DNA of 64,000 nucleotides from Streptosporangiales bacterium. Its GTDB lineage: Bacteria; Actinomycetota; Actinomycetes; Streptosporangiales; WHSR01. The stretch spans positions 10,324 to 74,323 of the forward strand of contig WHSR01000003.1 of NCBI GenBank assembly GCA_009379995.1, written 5' to 3'. Shown piece after piece: positions 43,864 to 56,726 of this stretch. The notes below the pieces were generated by a model. The model saw nothing but the letters and a program-made list of their open reading frames with translations, did no database searches and had not been told where the DNA came from. The position numbers and the translations under genes were made by a program. Each line of letters begins with the position of its first letter. Position 1 is the first letter of the stretch.

Positions 43864-44583
43864 TCAGGTCGCCTCGATCCTGGACAGCCCCGCGATGTGG
43901 GCCGCCCGGATGTGCCTGCGGGCCGCACGGCGGGCCGCCGCGGCGTCGCCGGCCAGCAGGGCCACCAGGATGCGCTCGTGCTCCCGCTGCGACGTCTCCA
44001 GCCGGCCCGGCACCCACATCGTGGTCCGCATGCCGGCGGCCAGCATGTCGTGCAGCACGCCCGCAGTCTGCTCGAGGAACCGGTTGCCCGCGGCGTCGAC
44101 GATGCTCAGGTGGAACGCAGTGTCCAGCGCCCGCAACCTCTGCAAGTCGATATCCGGTTCTTCGGCCGCGGCCACCAGGGCCTCGTAGGCCCCCCGGACC
44201 GCGTCGAGCTTGTCGGCGTCGCGGCGCTCGGCCGCCCACACCGCCGCAGGGAGCTCCAGGACCTCACGCATGGCGAAGAGTTCGTCCAGGCTCAGCTGCT
44301 GCTGGAGAACTGCGGCGCGCAGCTCGCGGACGGTGTGCGGCTCGGCGACGAAGACGCCGGAGCCGTGCCGCACCTCCAGATGGCCCTGGGCCTGCAGCGA
44401 GCGGACCGCCTCACGGAGGGAGGGTCGGCTCACCTCCAGGACTGTCGCCAGCTCCCGTTCGGCCGGCAGACGATCTCCCGGTCGCAGCTGCTCCCGCGCG
44501 ATGAGGAGCAGGATCTGCTGAGCGATCCGGTCGGTTACCTTGCCCTGTCCCAAGGGTTCCCAGGGCGTGTCCTTCGTGTCCAA
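43864..44583 (-). CDS. GntR/FadR-family transcriptional regulator (FCD domain)
   Basis: wHTH: LRPGDRLPAERELATVLEVSRPSLREAVRSLQAQGHLEVRHGSGVFV. The C-terminal all-helical FCD domain includes HERILVALLAGD. Confidence 0.85.
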   Translation of the reverse strand: MDTKDTPWEPLGQGKVTDRIAQQILLLIAREQLRPGDRLPAERELATVLEVSRPSLREAVRSLQAQGHLEVRHGSGVFVAEPHTVRELRAAVLQQQLSLDELFAMREVLELPAAVWAAERRDADKLDAVRGAYEALVAAAEEPDIDLQRLRALDTAFHLSIVDAAGNRFLEQTAGVLHDMLAAGMRTTMWVPGRLETSQREHERILVALLAGDAAAARRAARRHIRAAHIAGLSRIEAT

Positions 44584-44595
44584 GATCGTTCAGCC

Positions 44596-45663
44596 CTACC
44601 TCACCGCGGAGGCATCGAGGCGCGGAATGCCGAACTCGTCGGCCCACCGGTCGAGCTCGACGAGGGTGTCCGCGGAGACCGGAACCGGCGAGTCCGGCGG
44701 CATCCGATCCGGAGGGACCCGCCGCTCCCCGGGCAGCCGTCCGCCCGCCTCCCGTACCGCTTCGGCGAGCGCGGACCGCCGGGTTGTTCCCTCCCCGTCC
44801 ACCGAACACCTGTCTGCATCCAAGGCGATGATCACGTGCGCAACCCGCTGCGGTCGCGCTTCGTCGGCCGAGTCGAACATGTCGGCGAGGTCCCGGGACA
44901 GGCTGGGTCCGACCAGCGCCGCGGTGAGCGCCTCGACGGCGAGGGCCAGCGCATACCCCTTGGCCCCACCGAGCGGCGCCATCATGCCGTGCAGCGCCTC
45001 CCGGGCGTCGGTAGTGGGCCGGCCGTCCGCGTCGAACGCCCACCCGGGCTCCAACGGGATGCCGGCCTGCGCGCGATGCCCGATCGTGCCCCGGGCGACA
45101 GCACTCGTGGCCAGGTCGACGATCAGCGGGTCACCGTGGCCCGAACCCCCGTCCCCGAGGGGTGCGCCCACGGCGAGCGGGCTGGTCGACAGCACCGCCG
45201 ACGTGCCGTCCCACGGCGGCATGACGGCCGGCCCGTGGGAGAACACCAGGCCGGCGAGCCCCGCGTCGACCAGTGGCAGCACGTACAGCCCGAGGGCACC
45301 GCAGTGCCCGGAGTTACCGAGCGCAACGGCGGCCACGCCATAGCGCCGCGCCCGGTCCCGGGCCGTCTCCGCCGCCCACCACATCTGCCAGTGCCCGAGC
45401 CCGGCGCCTCCGTCGAGCGTCACCAGCGGCCCGGTGTCCCCAACGGCCCGCAGCTCGGCCCGCGGATCCAGGCCGTAGGAGCGGATGCGGCGCAGGTAGA
45501 ACGGGAGCCGAAACAGCCCGTGCGAGGCGATGCCCCACAGGTCGGCCGCCACCAGGCAGGACGCGGTCCGGGCCGCATGGGCGGCAGGCATCTCCGCCGC
45601 GCAGAGCAGCGCGGCGGCGTGGTCTTCCAGGTCCTGTTTGGTCGGCAGGTTGTCGGTCGGCAT
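44596..45663 (-). CDS. Ldh_2-family (malate/L-lactate/sulfolactate-type) oxidoreductase
   Basis: 355 aa. Motifs: GIASHGLFRLPFYLRRI, NSGHCGALGLY, MAPLGGAKGYALAL. Confidence 0.85.
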   Translation of the reverse strand: MPTDNLPTKQDLEDHAAALLCAAEMPAAHAARTASCLVAADLWGIASHGLFRLPFYLRRIRSYGLDPRAELRAVGDTGPLVTLDGGAGLGHWQMWWAAETARDRARRYGVAAVALGNSGHCGALGLYVLPLVDAGLAGLVFSHGPAVMPPWDGTSAVLSTSPLAVGAPLGDGGSGHGDPLIVDLATSAVARGTIGHRAQAGIPLEPGWAFDADGRPTTDAREALHGMMAPLGGAKGYALALAVEALTAALVGPSLSRDLADMFDSADEARPQRVAHVIIALDADRCSVDGEGTTRRSALAEAVREAGGRLPGERRVPPDRMPPDSPVPVSADTLVELDRWADEFGIPRLDASAVR

Positions 45664-45675
45664 GGACCCGGATCG

Positions 45676-46836
45676 TCAGGCGCTGATGTGCAGCTTGGTG
45701 AACACGAACTCCCGGTGGCCGAGCACCTCGGCGGAGCAGAGCCGGCCGTTGATGGTGCGGTCAACGACGTCGAGAAGCTGCGACCCGGCCTCCTCGAGCG
45801 TGCACTCGCGGCGCAGCAGACCAGAACAGTCCAGGTCCATGTGCTCGCTCATGGTCTGCGCGGTTGTGGGGTTCGCGGTGAGCTTGACGACCGGCTCGAT
45901 CGGGTTCCCGATGACGTTGCCTTGACCGGTCGGGAACAGGTGGACGACGGCGCCGGCCGCCGCCATCAAGGTGATGCACTCCGCCGCCGCCGAGGAGGTG
46001 TCCATGAAGTTCAGGCCCGGCTTGGTCGGTGCCTCCGCGGGCGTCAGGGCGTCGACGACGGGCTTGCTGCCGGTCTTGGCGATGTTGCCCATCGCCTTCT
46101 CCTCGATCGTGGACAGACCGCCCGCGATGTTGCCCTGGGTGGGCTGGGAGCCGAGCAGGTTCGCCCCGGTACGTTCGATCACCTCGATGTAGTCGTCGTA
46201 GATGCGCTGGAACTTGGCACGCGCCTCGTCGTCAACACACCGCTCGGCGATCAGGTGCTCGCCTCCGGATAGCTCGCTTGTCTCACCGAACAGCACGGTG
46301 CCGCCGGCGTCCACCCAGCGGTCGACGACCTCGGCGGTGGTCGGACAGGAGCCCAACCCGCTCGTGGTGTCGGATTCGCCGCACTTGATGGACAGCATGA
46401 CGTCTCGCCGCTCGACCGGCTCGCGCACCAGCTCGCTTGCGCCCTGGAGGAGGTGTGCGGCCGCCCGGGACGCTTCCTCGACAACCTTGAGGTCGCCCTT
46501 GCGCTCGATCGACACCGCGTGCACGGGCTTGCCGGTCTTCGCGATGCCGTCGGCGACGCGCTCGGTCCAGTTCGGCTCGATCCCGATGACCACTGCCGCG
46601 GCGACGTTCGGGTTGACGCCGGTACCGATGAGGGTGCGGAAGGTCAGCTCCAGGTCGGATCCGAACTGCAGACGCCCGTAGGCGTGTGGGAGGGCCAGCG
46701 TGCCCGGCACCACCTTTGCCACCGCCTCGGCGGCCGCGTTCGACAGGTCGTCGACCGGGAGGATGACCACGTGGTTGCGGATGCCGACCGACCCGTCGGG
46801 GCGTCGGTAACCGGTCAGGCGACGCTGTTCAGCCAC
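45676..46836 (-). CDS. UxaA-family sugar-acid dehydratase, large subunit
   Basis: 386 aa. Motifs: YRRPDGSVGIRNHVVILP, IKCGESDTTSG, GNIAGGLSTIEEKAMGNI, HLFPTGQGN. Confidence 0.85.
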   Translation of the reverse strand: MAEQRRLTGYRRPDGSVGIRNHVVILPVDDLSNAAAEAVAKVVPGTLALPHAYGRLQFGSDLELTFRTLIGTGVNPNVAAAVVIGIEPNWTERVADGIAKTGKPVHAVSIERKGDLKVVEEASRAAAHLLQGASELVREPVERRDVMLSIKCGESDTTSGLGSCPTTAEVVDRWVDAGGTVLFGETSELSGGEHLIAERCVDDEARAKFQRIYDDYIEVIERTGANLLGSQPTQGNIAGGLSTIEEKAMGNIAKTGSKPVVDALTPAEAPTKPGLNFMDTSSAAAECITLMAAAGAVVHLFPTGQGNVIGNPIEPVVKLTANPTTAQTMSEHMDLDCSGLLRRECTLEEAGSQLLDVVDRTINGRLCSAEVLGHREFVFTKLHISA

Positions 46837-47138
46837 CGTGCACTCCTCACGTTGTGGACGTGTACGTACTCACCCTTGGCGATCGGCTTCGTCGCGACGG
46901 CAACCCGCACGCCGTACTCGACGACGTCCTCACCCTCGGCGATGTCGACGAGGGTGAACTTGTGCCCGAGCGGTACCTCGCTCCGCAGCTCGACGGCAAC
47001 GGAGGAAGCGCCCTTGAGGTACCCGCCCTCCGCGGCCCCCGGGCTCAGGTCTCGCACTGCCACCGCGACCTTGTCGCCCTCGTGGTGTGCCAGGAAGTCG
47101 GGCTCCCGGCCAGCTCCCCGATGGGACGTGCCTCCCAT
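46815..47138 (-). CDS. UxaA-family dehydratase small (SAF-domain) subunit
   Basis: The internal ATG at 47136-47138 lies behind AGGAGGAGG. HEGDKVAVAVRDLSPG...VPLGHKFTLVDIAEGEDVVEYGVRVAVATKPIAKGEYVHVHNV is the SAF pattern. Confidence 0.75.
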   Translation of the reverse strand: MGGTSHRGAGREPDFLAHHEGDKVAVAVRDLSPGAAEGGYLKGASSVAVELRSEVPLGHKFTLVDIAEGEDVVEYGVRVAVATKPIAKGEYVHVHNVRSARWLNSVA

Positions 47139-47332
47139 CCCTTGCCTCCTCCTGTGGTCTGACCTCTGGCCGAAGCATACCGCTTGTCGGCGCTGCAATG
47201 TGTCCACACGATACGGCGCACCGAGGGGCGGTGTGCGACGAAAGCGCCGGGGTGTCTAGAACCAGATTCACTTGCCCCGTCGGCCGCTGAATGGCCGGAC
47301 GCGGCGACCTGTCGAACCGTGGACGCTGATCC

Positions 47333-48358
47333 CTACTCGCCGCCGCGGGAGGGATTTCCGATGGCAACCATGCGCTCGACCGCCCGTCGGGCGGCCGCCG
47401 CGATCTCCGGCGCGACAGAGATCTCGACCACCCCCTCGCGGAGCGAGCGCAGCAGCTTCTCCGCCGTGATCATCTTCATGTACCGGCACTCGGCGCGGTC
47501 GTTGACCGGCTCGAACCTGGTGCTCGGGTTGGCGCCACGGAGCTGATGCAACATGCCGGTCTCCGTCGCCACCAGCACCTGCCGGGCCGTCGTGCGCCGC
47601 GCCGCGTCGACCATGCCGCCGGTCGACAACACCCGTACCCGCTCGGCGGGCACGGCGCCGGCCCCGGCGAGGTAGAGCGCCGAGGTCGCGCACCCGCACT
47701 CCGGGTGGATGAACAGCTCCGCGTCCGGGCTCGCCTCGGCCCGGGCGCGGAGCGTCGCCCCGTCGATGCCGGCGTGCACGTGGCACTCGCCGGCCCACAC
47801 GTGCATGTTGGCGCGTCCGGTCACCCTGCGGACGTGGGCGCCGAGGAACTGGTCGGGCAGGAAGAGGATCTCCCGGTCCTCCGGCACCGACCTGACCACA
47901 TCGGCGGCATTGGAGGAGGTGCAGCAGACGTCCGCCTCGGCCTTGACCGCGGCGGACGTGTTGACGTACGCGACGACCACCGCTCCGGGATGCTCGGCCT
48001 TCCACGCGCGTACGTCGTCGGCGGAGATGGTGTCCGCGAGCGAGCACCCCGCCCGCGGGTCCGGGATCAGCACGGTCTTGTCCGGCGCCAGGATCTTCGC
48101 GGTCTCGGCCATGAAGTGCACGCCGCAGAAGACGATGGTGCCGGCGTCCGCCCTCGCGGCGGCCCGGGACAACGCGAGCGAGTCGCCGACGTGGTCGGCG
48201 ACGTCCTGGATCTCCGGCCGCTGGTAGTTGTGGGCGAGGATCACGGCATCCCGCTCCCGGGCCAGGCGGCGCACCTCTGCGGTCCAGATACCGTTCGCAC
48301 TGATCGTCGCCACGGAGCCTCCTGTCGGACCGTCGGCCTCGATTAGTTTTCGCCTCAT
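47333..48358 (-). CDS. nadA: quinolinate synthase
   Basis: 341 aa from [10 protein letters not shown]. Motifs: [69 protein letters not shown]. Confidence 0.9.
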   Translation of the reverse strand: MRRKLIEADGPTGGSVATISANGIWTAEVRRLARERDAVILAHNYQRPEIQDVADHVGDSLALSRAAARADAGTIVFCGVHFMAETAKILAPDKTVLIPDPRAGCSLADTISADDVRAWKAEHPGAVVVAYVNTSAAVKAEADVCCTSSNAADVVRSVPEDREILFLPDQFLGAHVRRVTGRANMHVWAGECHVHAGIDGATLRARAEASPDAELFIHPECGCATSALYLAGAGAVPAERVRVLSTGGMVDAARRTTARQVLVATETGMLHQLRGANPSTRFEPVNDRAECRYMKMITAEKLLRSLREGVVEISVAPEIAAAARRAVERMVAIGNPSRGGE

Positions 48359-48370
48359 AGGCGTAAACCT
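48345..48370. promoter_or_regulatory. inverted repeat AGTTTTCGCCT cat AGGCGTAAACCT straddling the nadA start codon (candidate NrtR operator)
   Basis: Nine of eleven arm positions are complementary. It is centred on the nadA ATG, in the 36-bp nadA/nrtR divergent spacer. Confidence 0.4.
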
Positions 48371-48394
48371 TCCAAGGACTATAACATTCGGGCC

Positions 48395-49090
48395 ATGCCG
48401 GCCGGCCACGCAGCGCACAGTGAAACGGGTCACGAGGTGCTGGCGGTGGTGCTGCAGGTGCGGGACGCCGGGCTGGGCGTGTTGCTGTGGCGCCGTGCGC
48501 TCCCGCCGTACGAGGGCTGCTGGGCGCTGCCCGGCGGTGCGCTCGGGCACGACGAGGACCTGGATGCCTCGATCCGCCGCCAGCTCGCCCAGAAGGTCGA
48601 CGTCCGCGAGCTCGCCCACCTGGAGCAGCTCGAGACGCGGGGTGCGCCCGGACGCTGGCCGGGACGGAGGGTGCTGGCGACCGCCTACCTCGGTCTCGTA
48701 CCTGCCCACCTTGATCCGCGGGTCCCCGACGACACCAGCTGGCATCCGGTCGACCGACTGCCGGAGACCGCCTTCGACCACGCCGACCTCATCATGTCGG
48801 GCCGGCGGCGGCTGCGGGCCAAGCTTTCCTACACCAACGTCGGCTTCGCGCTGACCCCGCCCACGTTCACCGTCTCCGAGCTGCGCCGGTACTACCAGGC
48901 GGCGCTGGGCTACGAGGTCTCCCCTACCAACCTGCAGCGGGTGTTGCTGCGGCGACGGCAGATCGAGCCGACCGGTGAGGTCGAGCCTCCCGGGCGGTCC
49001 GGCGGCCGGCCCGCCGCGGTCTTCCGCTTTCGGACCCAGTGCCTGGAGATCACCGACGAGTTCGCCGTGCTGCGCCCGCCCGGCGGGTAG
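48395..49090 (+). CDS. nrtR: NrtR-family (Nudix-related) transcriptional regulator of NAD metabolism
   Basis: The N-terminal Nudix-like fold is [26 protein letters not shown]. The C-terminal wHTH is [27 protein letters not shown]. It is divergent from nadA. Confidence 0.8.
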   Translation: MPAGHAAHSETGHEVLAVVLQVRDAGLGVLLWRRALPPYEGCWALPGGALGHDEDLDASIRRQLAQKVDVRELAHLEQLETRGAPGRWPGRRVLATAYLGLVPAHLDPRVPDDTSWHPVDRLPETAFDHADLIMSGRRRLRAKLSYTNVGFALTPPTFTVSELRRYYQAALGYEVSPTNLQRVLLRRRQIEPTGEVEPPGRSGGRPAAVFRFRTQCLEITDEFAVLRPPGG

Positions 49091-49265
49091 CTCCGCCAAG
49101 CGCGGCGGCACCGGCCGGTTCGGCGAGGTCGCCGAACGGCAGCGGGCAGTCGGGGTTGCAGGCGCAGTCGGTGATGCTGTCGCACTCGGCGACCTTGCCT
49201 GGGTCGGGTCTGGTCCGGAGGCACTGTTCGGCAGGCACCTCCATCTTGTCGTAACGCCTTGTCAT
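49050..49265 (-). CDS. candidate small cysteine-rich protein (71 aa)
   Basis: This is the tail of the 594-aa shadow ORF: [50 protein letters not shown]... Third positions in the Cys-rich part are strongly G/C. The SD is weak. Its 3' end overlaps nrtR convergently by 41 nt. Confidence 0.3.
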   Translation of the reverse strand: MTRRYDKMEVPAEQCLRTRPDPGKVAECDSITDCACNPDCPLPFGDLAEPAGAAALGGATRRAGAARRTRR

Positions 49266-49364
49266 CCCTGCCGATAGGTGAATGGGGCGATCATTGGGGC
49301 CGAAGTGACTCTTGAAACCCTGCACCTGGTGCCCAGCCTCCATCAGTCCCTCTGACCATCGAGG

Positions 49365-50210
49365 TTGGCCTTGATCAATACGACATGGCGTACCAGCGCC
49401 GGCAGACTGGTCGTCGCCGCGCTCGTCGCGGCCGGTGCTGCGCTCGCCTTCTCCGGCGTGGGCGCGGCCGAAACGACTCCGTCCCACGAGCCGTCTCCCG
49501 CAACCGGCCCGTCGGCGGACGCGCCCGCAGACTCCTCGGCGGATACGACCGCAGACGGCACAGCGCCATCGCCGCCTGTGAGCGAGGACCAGCGGGCGGC
49601 CACCCAGGGCGCGACCAGGAACGGTGACAACGGGACCGTCAAGGTCCACCGTTCGACCACACCGCCGGACGACCGTCGCAACGAGCCGAAGGTCTGCGAG
49701 TTCTACCTCGTCGGCTTCGGCTTCGATGCCCGCCAGCAGGTCAGGTGGTGGATCAGGTCCTGGCCGCCCACCGGCGACCGGGAGATCGTCGACGACGGCA
49801 CCCTCACCCTGGATGAGAACGGGCACGGCCGCACCGGCGACATGACGCTCCCGGACGGGCACTACAAGCTCTTCTGGAAGTTCGCGGGCGAGAAGGGTCG
49901 CGCCAAGCAGAAGGTCTTCTGGGTGGACTGCCCCACCGAGACCACACCGCCGACAAGCACGCCCACCCCGAGCGAGACGTCGACACCGAGCGGAACCCCG
50001 TCGACGACCGAGACCCCGGCCGGGGGCGCCGGAGCCGGGGGCCGATCCTCCGACCCGCCGACGTCGGGGACGCCCACCGGCGCGCTCCCCTTCACCGGCT
50101 TCTCCGGTCCACTGCTCGCCGGTCTCGGGTTGGCGCTGCTGATAGGCGGGACCGCGCTGGTCATCGCGGCTCGGCGGGGCAAGCTGCCCGGCCTGCCGCA
50201 CCGTAACTGA
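49365..50210 (+). CDS. LPXTG-anchored cell-surface protein
   Basis: Signal peptide RLVVAALVAAGAALAFSGVGAAE. Pro/Thr/Ser-rich linkers. The sortase signal is LPFTG, followed by a hydrophobic helix and ARRGK. Confidence 0.8.
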   Translation: MALINTTWRTSAGRLVVAALVAAGAALAFSGVGAAETTPSHEPSPATGPSADAPADSSADTTADGTAPSPPVSEDQRAATQGATRNGDNGTVKVHRSTTPPDDRRNEPKVCEFYLVGFGFDARQQVRWWIRSWPPTGDREIVDDGTLTLDENGHGRTGDMTLPDGHYKLFWKFAGEKGRAKQKVFWVDCPTETTPPTSTPTPSETSTPSGTPSTTETPAGGAGAGGRSSDPPTSGTPTGALPFTGFSGPLLAGLGLALLIGGTALVIAARRGKLPGLPHRN

Positions 50211-50225
50211 AACCCTCGCCCTTCC

Positions 50226-50274
50226 GCCCGTGATCTTGCAAACTGGGTTCGACCCTTTCTGCAAGATCACGGGC
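50226..50274. terminator. bidirectional terminator hairpin between convergent genes (15-bp perfect stem GCCCGTGATCTTGCA / TGCAAGATCACGGGC, 19-nt loop)
   Basis: Read directly from the sequence. It lies between the stop at 50210 (+) and the stop at 50285 (-). Confidence 0.6.
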
Positions 50275-50284
50275 AGAGGGTGGG

Positions 50285-52789
50285 TCATCGGGCGCGGAGG
50301 GCCAGGATCGCGATGTCGTCGCGGGCCGGCTGGGGTGCGAAGTCGGTGACCGCGCGCTGGATCCGGGCCGCCACCGCACCCGCGGACAGGCCCGTGCAGT
50401 CGGCGAGGAGCTCGTTCAGCCCGTCGTCGTCCCCGAGCAGCCGGTCTCCGTTGCGCCGCTCGGTCACCCCGTCGGTGACGCACAGCAACACGTCGCCCGG
50501 TTCGAGTTCGACCACGTCGGCGGTGAAGGTGAGCTCGTCGAGCACGCCCAGCAGCGGCTGCGGCTCCGCCACCTCGTCGACCGCACCGTCCGGGCGCAGC
50601 CGCAGCGGAGGCGGGTGGCCCGCCGAGACCACGCTCAGCCGTAGCCCGCCGCCCGCGCGTACCGCGAGCTCGCCGCTGACCAGGGTGAGGAACCGGGCGC
50701 GCGGACCCTCGTCGAGGATGGCCGTGTTGAGCCGTTCGAGGATGGCCGGGATGGAGTAACCCTCCCTGGCCAGGATGCGCAGCATGTGACGGGCGAGCCC
50801 GGTGACGGCGGCGGCCTCCGGACCGGTGCCGCACACGTCACCCACCACGAACCGCCACGTGTCGCCGTCGAGCGTGGAGACGTCGTAGAAGTCCCCGCCC
50901 ACCTCGTTGCCCTCGCCCGCGGCGGTGTAGAGGACGGCGAGCTCGGCCCCGGCCACCTCGGGCACCTCGGGAGGCAGCAGGCTGCGCTGCAGGGCCTGGC
51001 TGGTCGCGGCCCGCTCGGAGTACAGCCTGGCGTTGTCGAGCGCCACCGCCGCCCGGCGGCCCAGGTCCTCCGCCAGCGCGAGCACGTCGCGGGGGAAGCG
51101 GGTGCCGCCCGAACGGCCCAGGACCAGCGTCCCGAGACTGCGTCCCCGTGCGACCAGCGGGAAGCTGACGGCGAGATCGGAGCCCAGCGGGCGAGGCAGC
51201 GACGCCGGATCCGGCCACGGACGCACTCCGGTGGTCGTCCGGGGCTCCGGGGCGGGCGCCTTCTCCAGCGCCGAGCGCAGCGCGTCCACCCTCGACTCGT
51301 CCGCGTGCCAGACGTACGCGAGCTGGCTCATCCCGCCCTCGTCGACCGTGTAGAGGGCGCACCAGGTGGCAAGCCGGGGCACGACGAGCTGAGCGACGAG
51401 TGCCAGGGTCATCTGCTGGTCGAGGGTGCCGGCGAGGAGGTCGCTCGCCTCGGCGAGAAAGCTGAGCCATCCACGGCTGGCCCGCTCGAGCTCGGCCAGC
51501 CGGGCGCGTTCCAGGGTGAGCGCGATCCGGTCGGCCGCATCCTGCAGGCGAATCGCATCGTCGTTGTCGAACCGGCCCGGCCGCTCGGCGGCAACGCAGA
51601 GGATCCCCACGATCCGCGCCTCCACCAGCAGCGGCACGGTCAGCAGGGAACGCATCCCGGTGCCGCGGAGCAGGATCATGGCTCCGGACCGTTCCCCTAC
51701 GTCATCATGCACCACAGGCAACCGGCTCGAGTTGAGACCACCCAGCAGCTCCTCCGCGGCCAGCCGAGTCCGCCGCGGCAGGCCCGACGCGGTCCCGGTG
51801 CTCGCTCGGATCTCCAGCTCCGTCTCGTCCTCCCGGGCGAGGAGAAGATAAGCGGCGTCGCCGCCCAGCACGTCCCGCGCCCTCTCGACGGTGCGTTGCA
51901 CCATCTCGTCCAGGGTCAGCCGAGCCACCAGGGAGTCCGGGAGAATGTCCGGCTCGTCGCTGCCGGCGCGTTGCGTCGTGGTCGGGTGGGGCAGACCCGC
52001 GTCGAGAAGGGCGCGGTGGACGCGGTCGACAACCAGCCACACGACAGTGGGCTCGCCGTCCTCGCCGTTGCCACGCAGCGCGGAGACGAAGACCGGCACC
52101 ATCCGGCCATCCCGGTGCCGTACCGTGCACTCGCCCTGCCACCGGGCGAGGCACACCACGTCTGCAAGGGCCAGACCACTCTCGTCCGGCCAGGCGAAAA
52201 GCTCGGCGAGGCTGAGCCGCCGGACCTGGGCGGCGCTCCACCCGAAGAGGGCGGCGGCCTCACCGTTCCACCCCCGGATGTTCCCCTCCAGGTCGGTGCG
52301 GACCACGGCGATCCTGCTCCCACCGACGAGGGCCGGCAGCTCGTTCGTGGTGCCGATCGGGCTGGCGAGGGTGGTAGCGGAGTGCTCGGCCCGGTACGCG
52401 TCCACGTCGAGCTGGAACCATACGCACTTGCCCGTCCGGGTGTAGGTCACCCCCCACGCCGATGCCAGCGTGGCCGAGACGAGAAGGCCCCGTCCCTGCT
52501 CCTCCTCGAGGGTAGACTCCCGCCGCCCCTCGGGCAGGCCGCGGGTGGGGTGCTGGTCCTCGACCTCGACCCGTACCGCCCCGGCCTCGAGCCGGCACAC
52601 CACCTGGATCGGGGTCCCGGCGTGCACTACCGCGTTGGTGACCAACTCGCTGGTGAGGAGGACTGCGTCGTCGACGATGTCGTCGTCGGCCTTCCACTCC
52701 AGCAGCGCCTCCCGGACAAAACCACGCGCGGCCGCGACGGCTCTGCCGTCGGCCTCGAAGGTGGCGCTCATCACCTCGGAGCTCGTCAC
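50285..52789 (-). CDS. multidomain signalling protein: RsbW-like HATPase (anti-sigma kinase fold) - PAS - GAF - GAF - PP2C/SpoIIE phosphatase
   Basis: 834 aa. N-terminus VLLTSELVTNAVVHAG...GRGLLVSATLASAWG. A PAS-like region contains NIRGWNGEAAALFGW. Two GAF-like blocks follow. The C-terminus is GGDFYDV...VVGDVCGTGPEAAAVTG...LCVTDGVTE. Confidence 0.9.
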   Translation of the reverse strand: MTSSEVMSATFEADGRAVAAARGFVREALLEWKADDDIVDDAVLLTSELVTNAVVHAGTPIQVVCRLEAGAVRVEVEDQHPTRGLPEGRRESTLEEEQGRGLLVSATLASAWGVTYTRTGKCVWFQLDVDAYRAEHSATTLASPIGTTNELPALVGGSRIAVVRTDLEGNIRGWNGEAAALFGWSAAQVRRLSLAELFAWPDESGLALADVVCLARWQGECTVRHRDGRMVPVFVSALRGNGEDGEPTVVWLVVDRVHRALLDAGLPHPTTTQRAGSDEPDILPDSLVARLTLDEMVQRTVERARDVLGGDAAYLLLAREDETELEIRASTGTASGLPRRTRLAAEELLGGLNSSRLPVVHDDVGERSGAMILLRGTGMRSLLTVPLLVEARIVGILCVAAERPGRFDNDDAIRLQDAADRIALTLERARLAELERASRGWLSFLAEASDLLAGTLDQQMTLALVAQLVVPRLATWCALYTVDEGGMSQLAYVWHADESRVDALRSALEKAPAPEPRTTTGVRPWPDPASLPRPLGSDLAVSFPLVARGRSLGTLVLGRSGGTRFPRDVLALAEDLGRRAAVALDNARLYSERAATSQALQRSLLPPEVPEVAGAELAVLYTAAGEGNEVGGDFYDVSTLDGDTWRFVVGDVCGTGPEAAAVTGLARHMLRILAREGYSIPAILERLNTAILDEGPRARFLTLVSGELAVRAGGGLRLSVVSAGHPPPLRLRPDGAVDEVAEPQPLLGVLDELTFTADVVELEPGDVLLCVTDGVTERRNGDRLLGDDDGLNELLADCTGLSAGAVAARIQRAVTDFAPQPARDDIAILALRAR

Positions 52790-52881
52790 CTTTTTCCCGT
52801 CAAAGTCCTACGCCAGCATGAATGCTCACATGGTGACAGACTTGCCACGTTGAGTGATGCCACCCCGGGGAGGAGGACGAC

Positions 52882-56625
<3,744 letters not shown>

Positions 56626-56726
56626 CCCGGCAACTACGATGACACCCTGTCCGCCATGGCGGGTCCGAAACGCAAGGTGCGCGGGCTAGTCATGGAGGTG
56701 GGCCGCAACAGAGGGGGTGGTGCGAG

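Noticed and set aside
43645-46272. 875-aa plus-strand ORF
   Set aside because: It spans four well-supported minus-strand genes (DUF72, GntR, Ldh_2, UxaA) in antisense. The sequence is Arg/Gly/Pro-rich and low-complexity.
50241-50259. tRNA-like GGGTTCGACCC motif
   Set aside because: Only a T-loop-like heptamer is present, inside a terminator loop. There are no acceptor, D or anticodon arms. I found no tRNA gene anywhere in the window.
49266-50834. Upper part of the 594-aa minus-strand ORF
   Set aside because: It lies antisense to the LPXTG gene and to the 3' end of the PP2C gene and is extremely Arg-rich. Only its last 71 codons were kept, as a low-confidence candidate.
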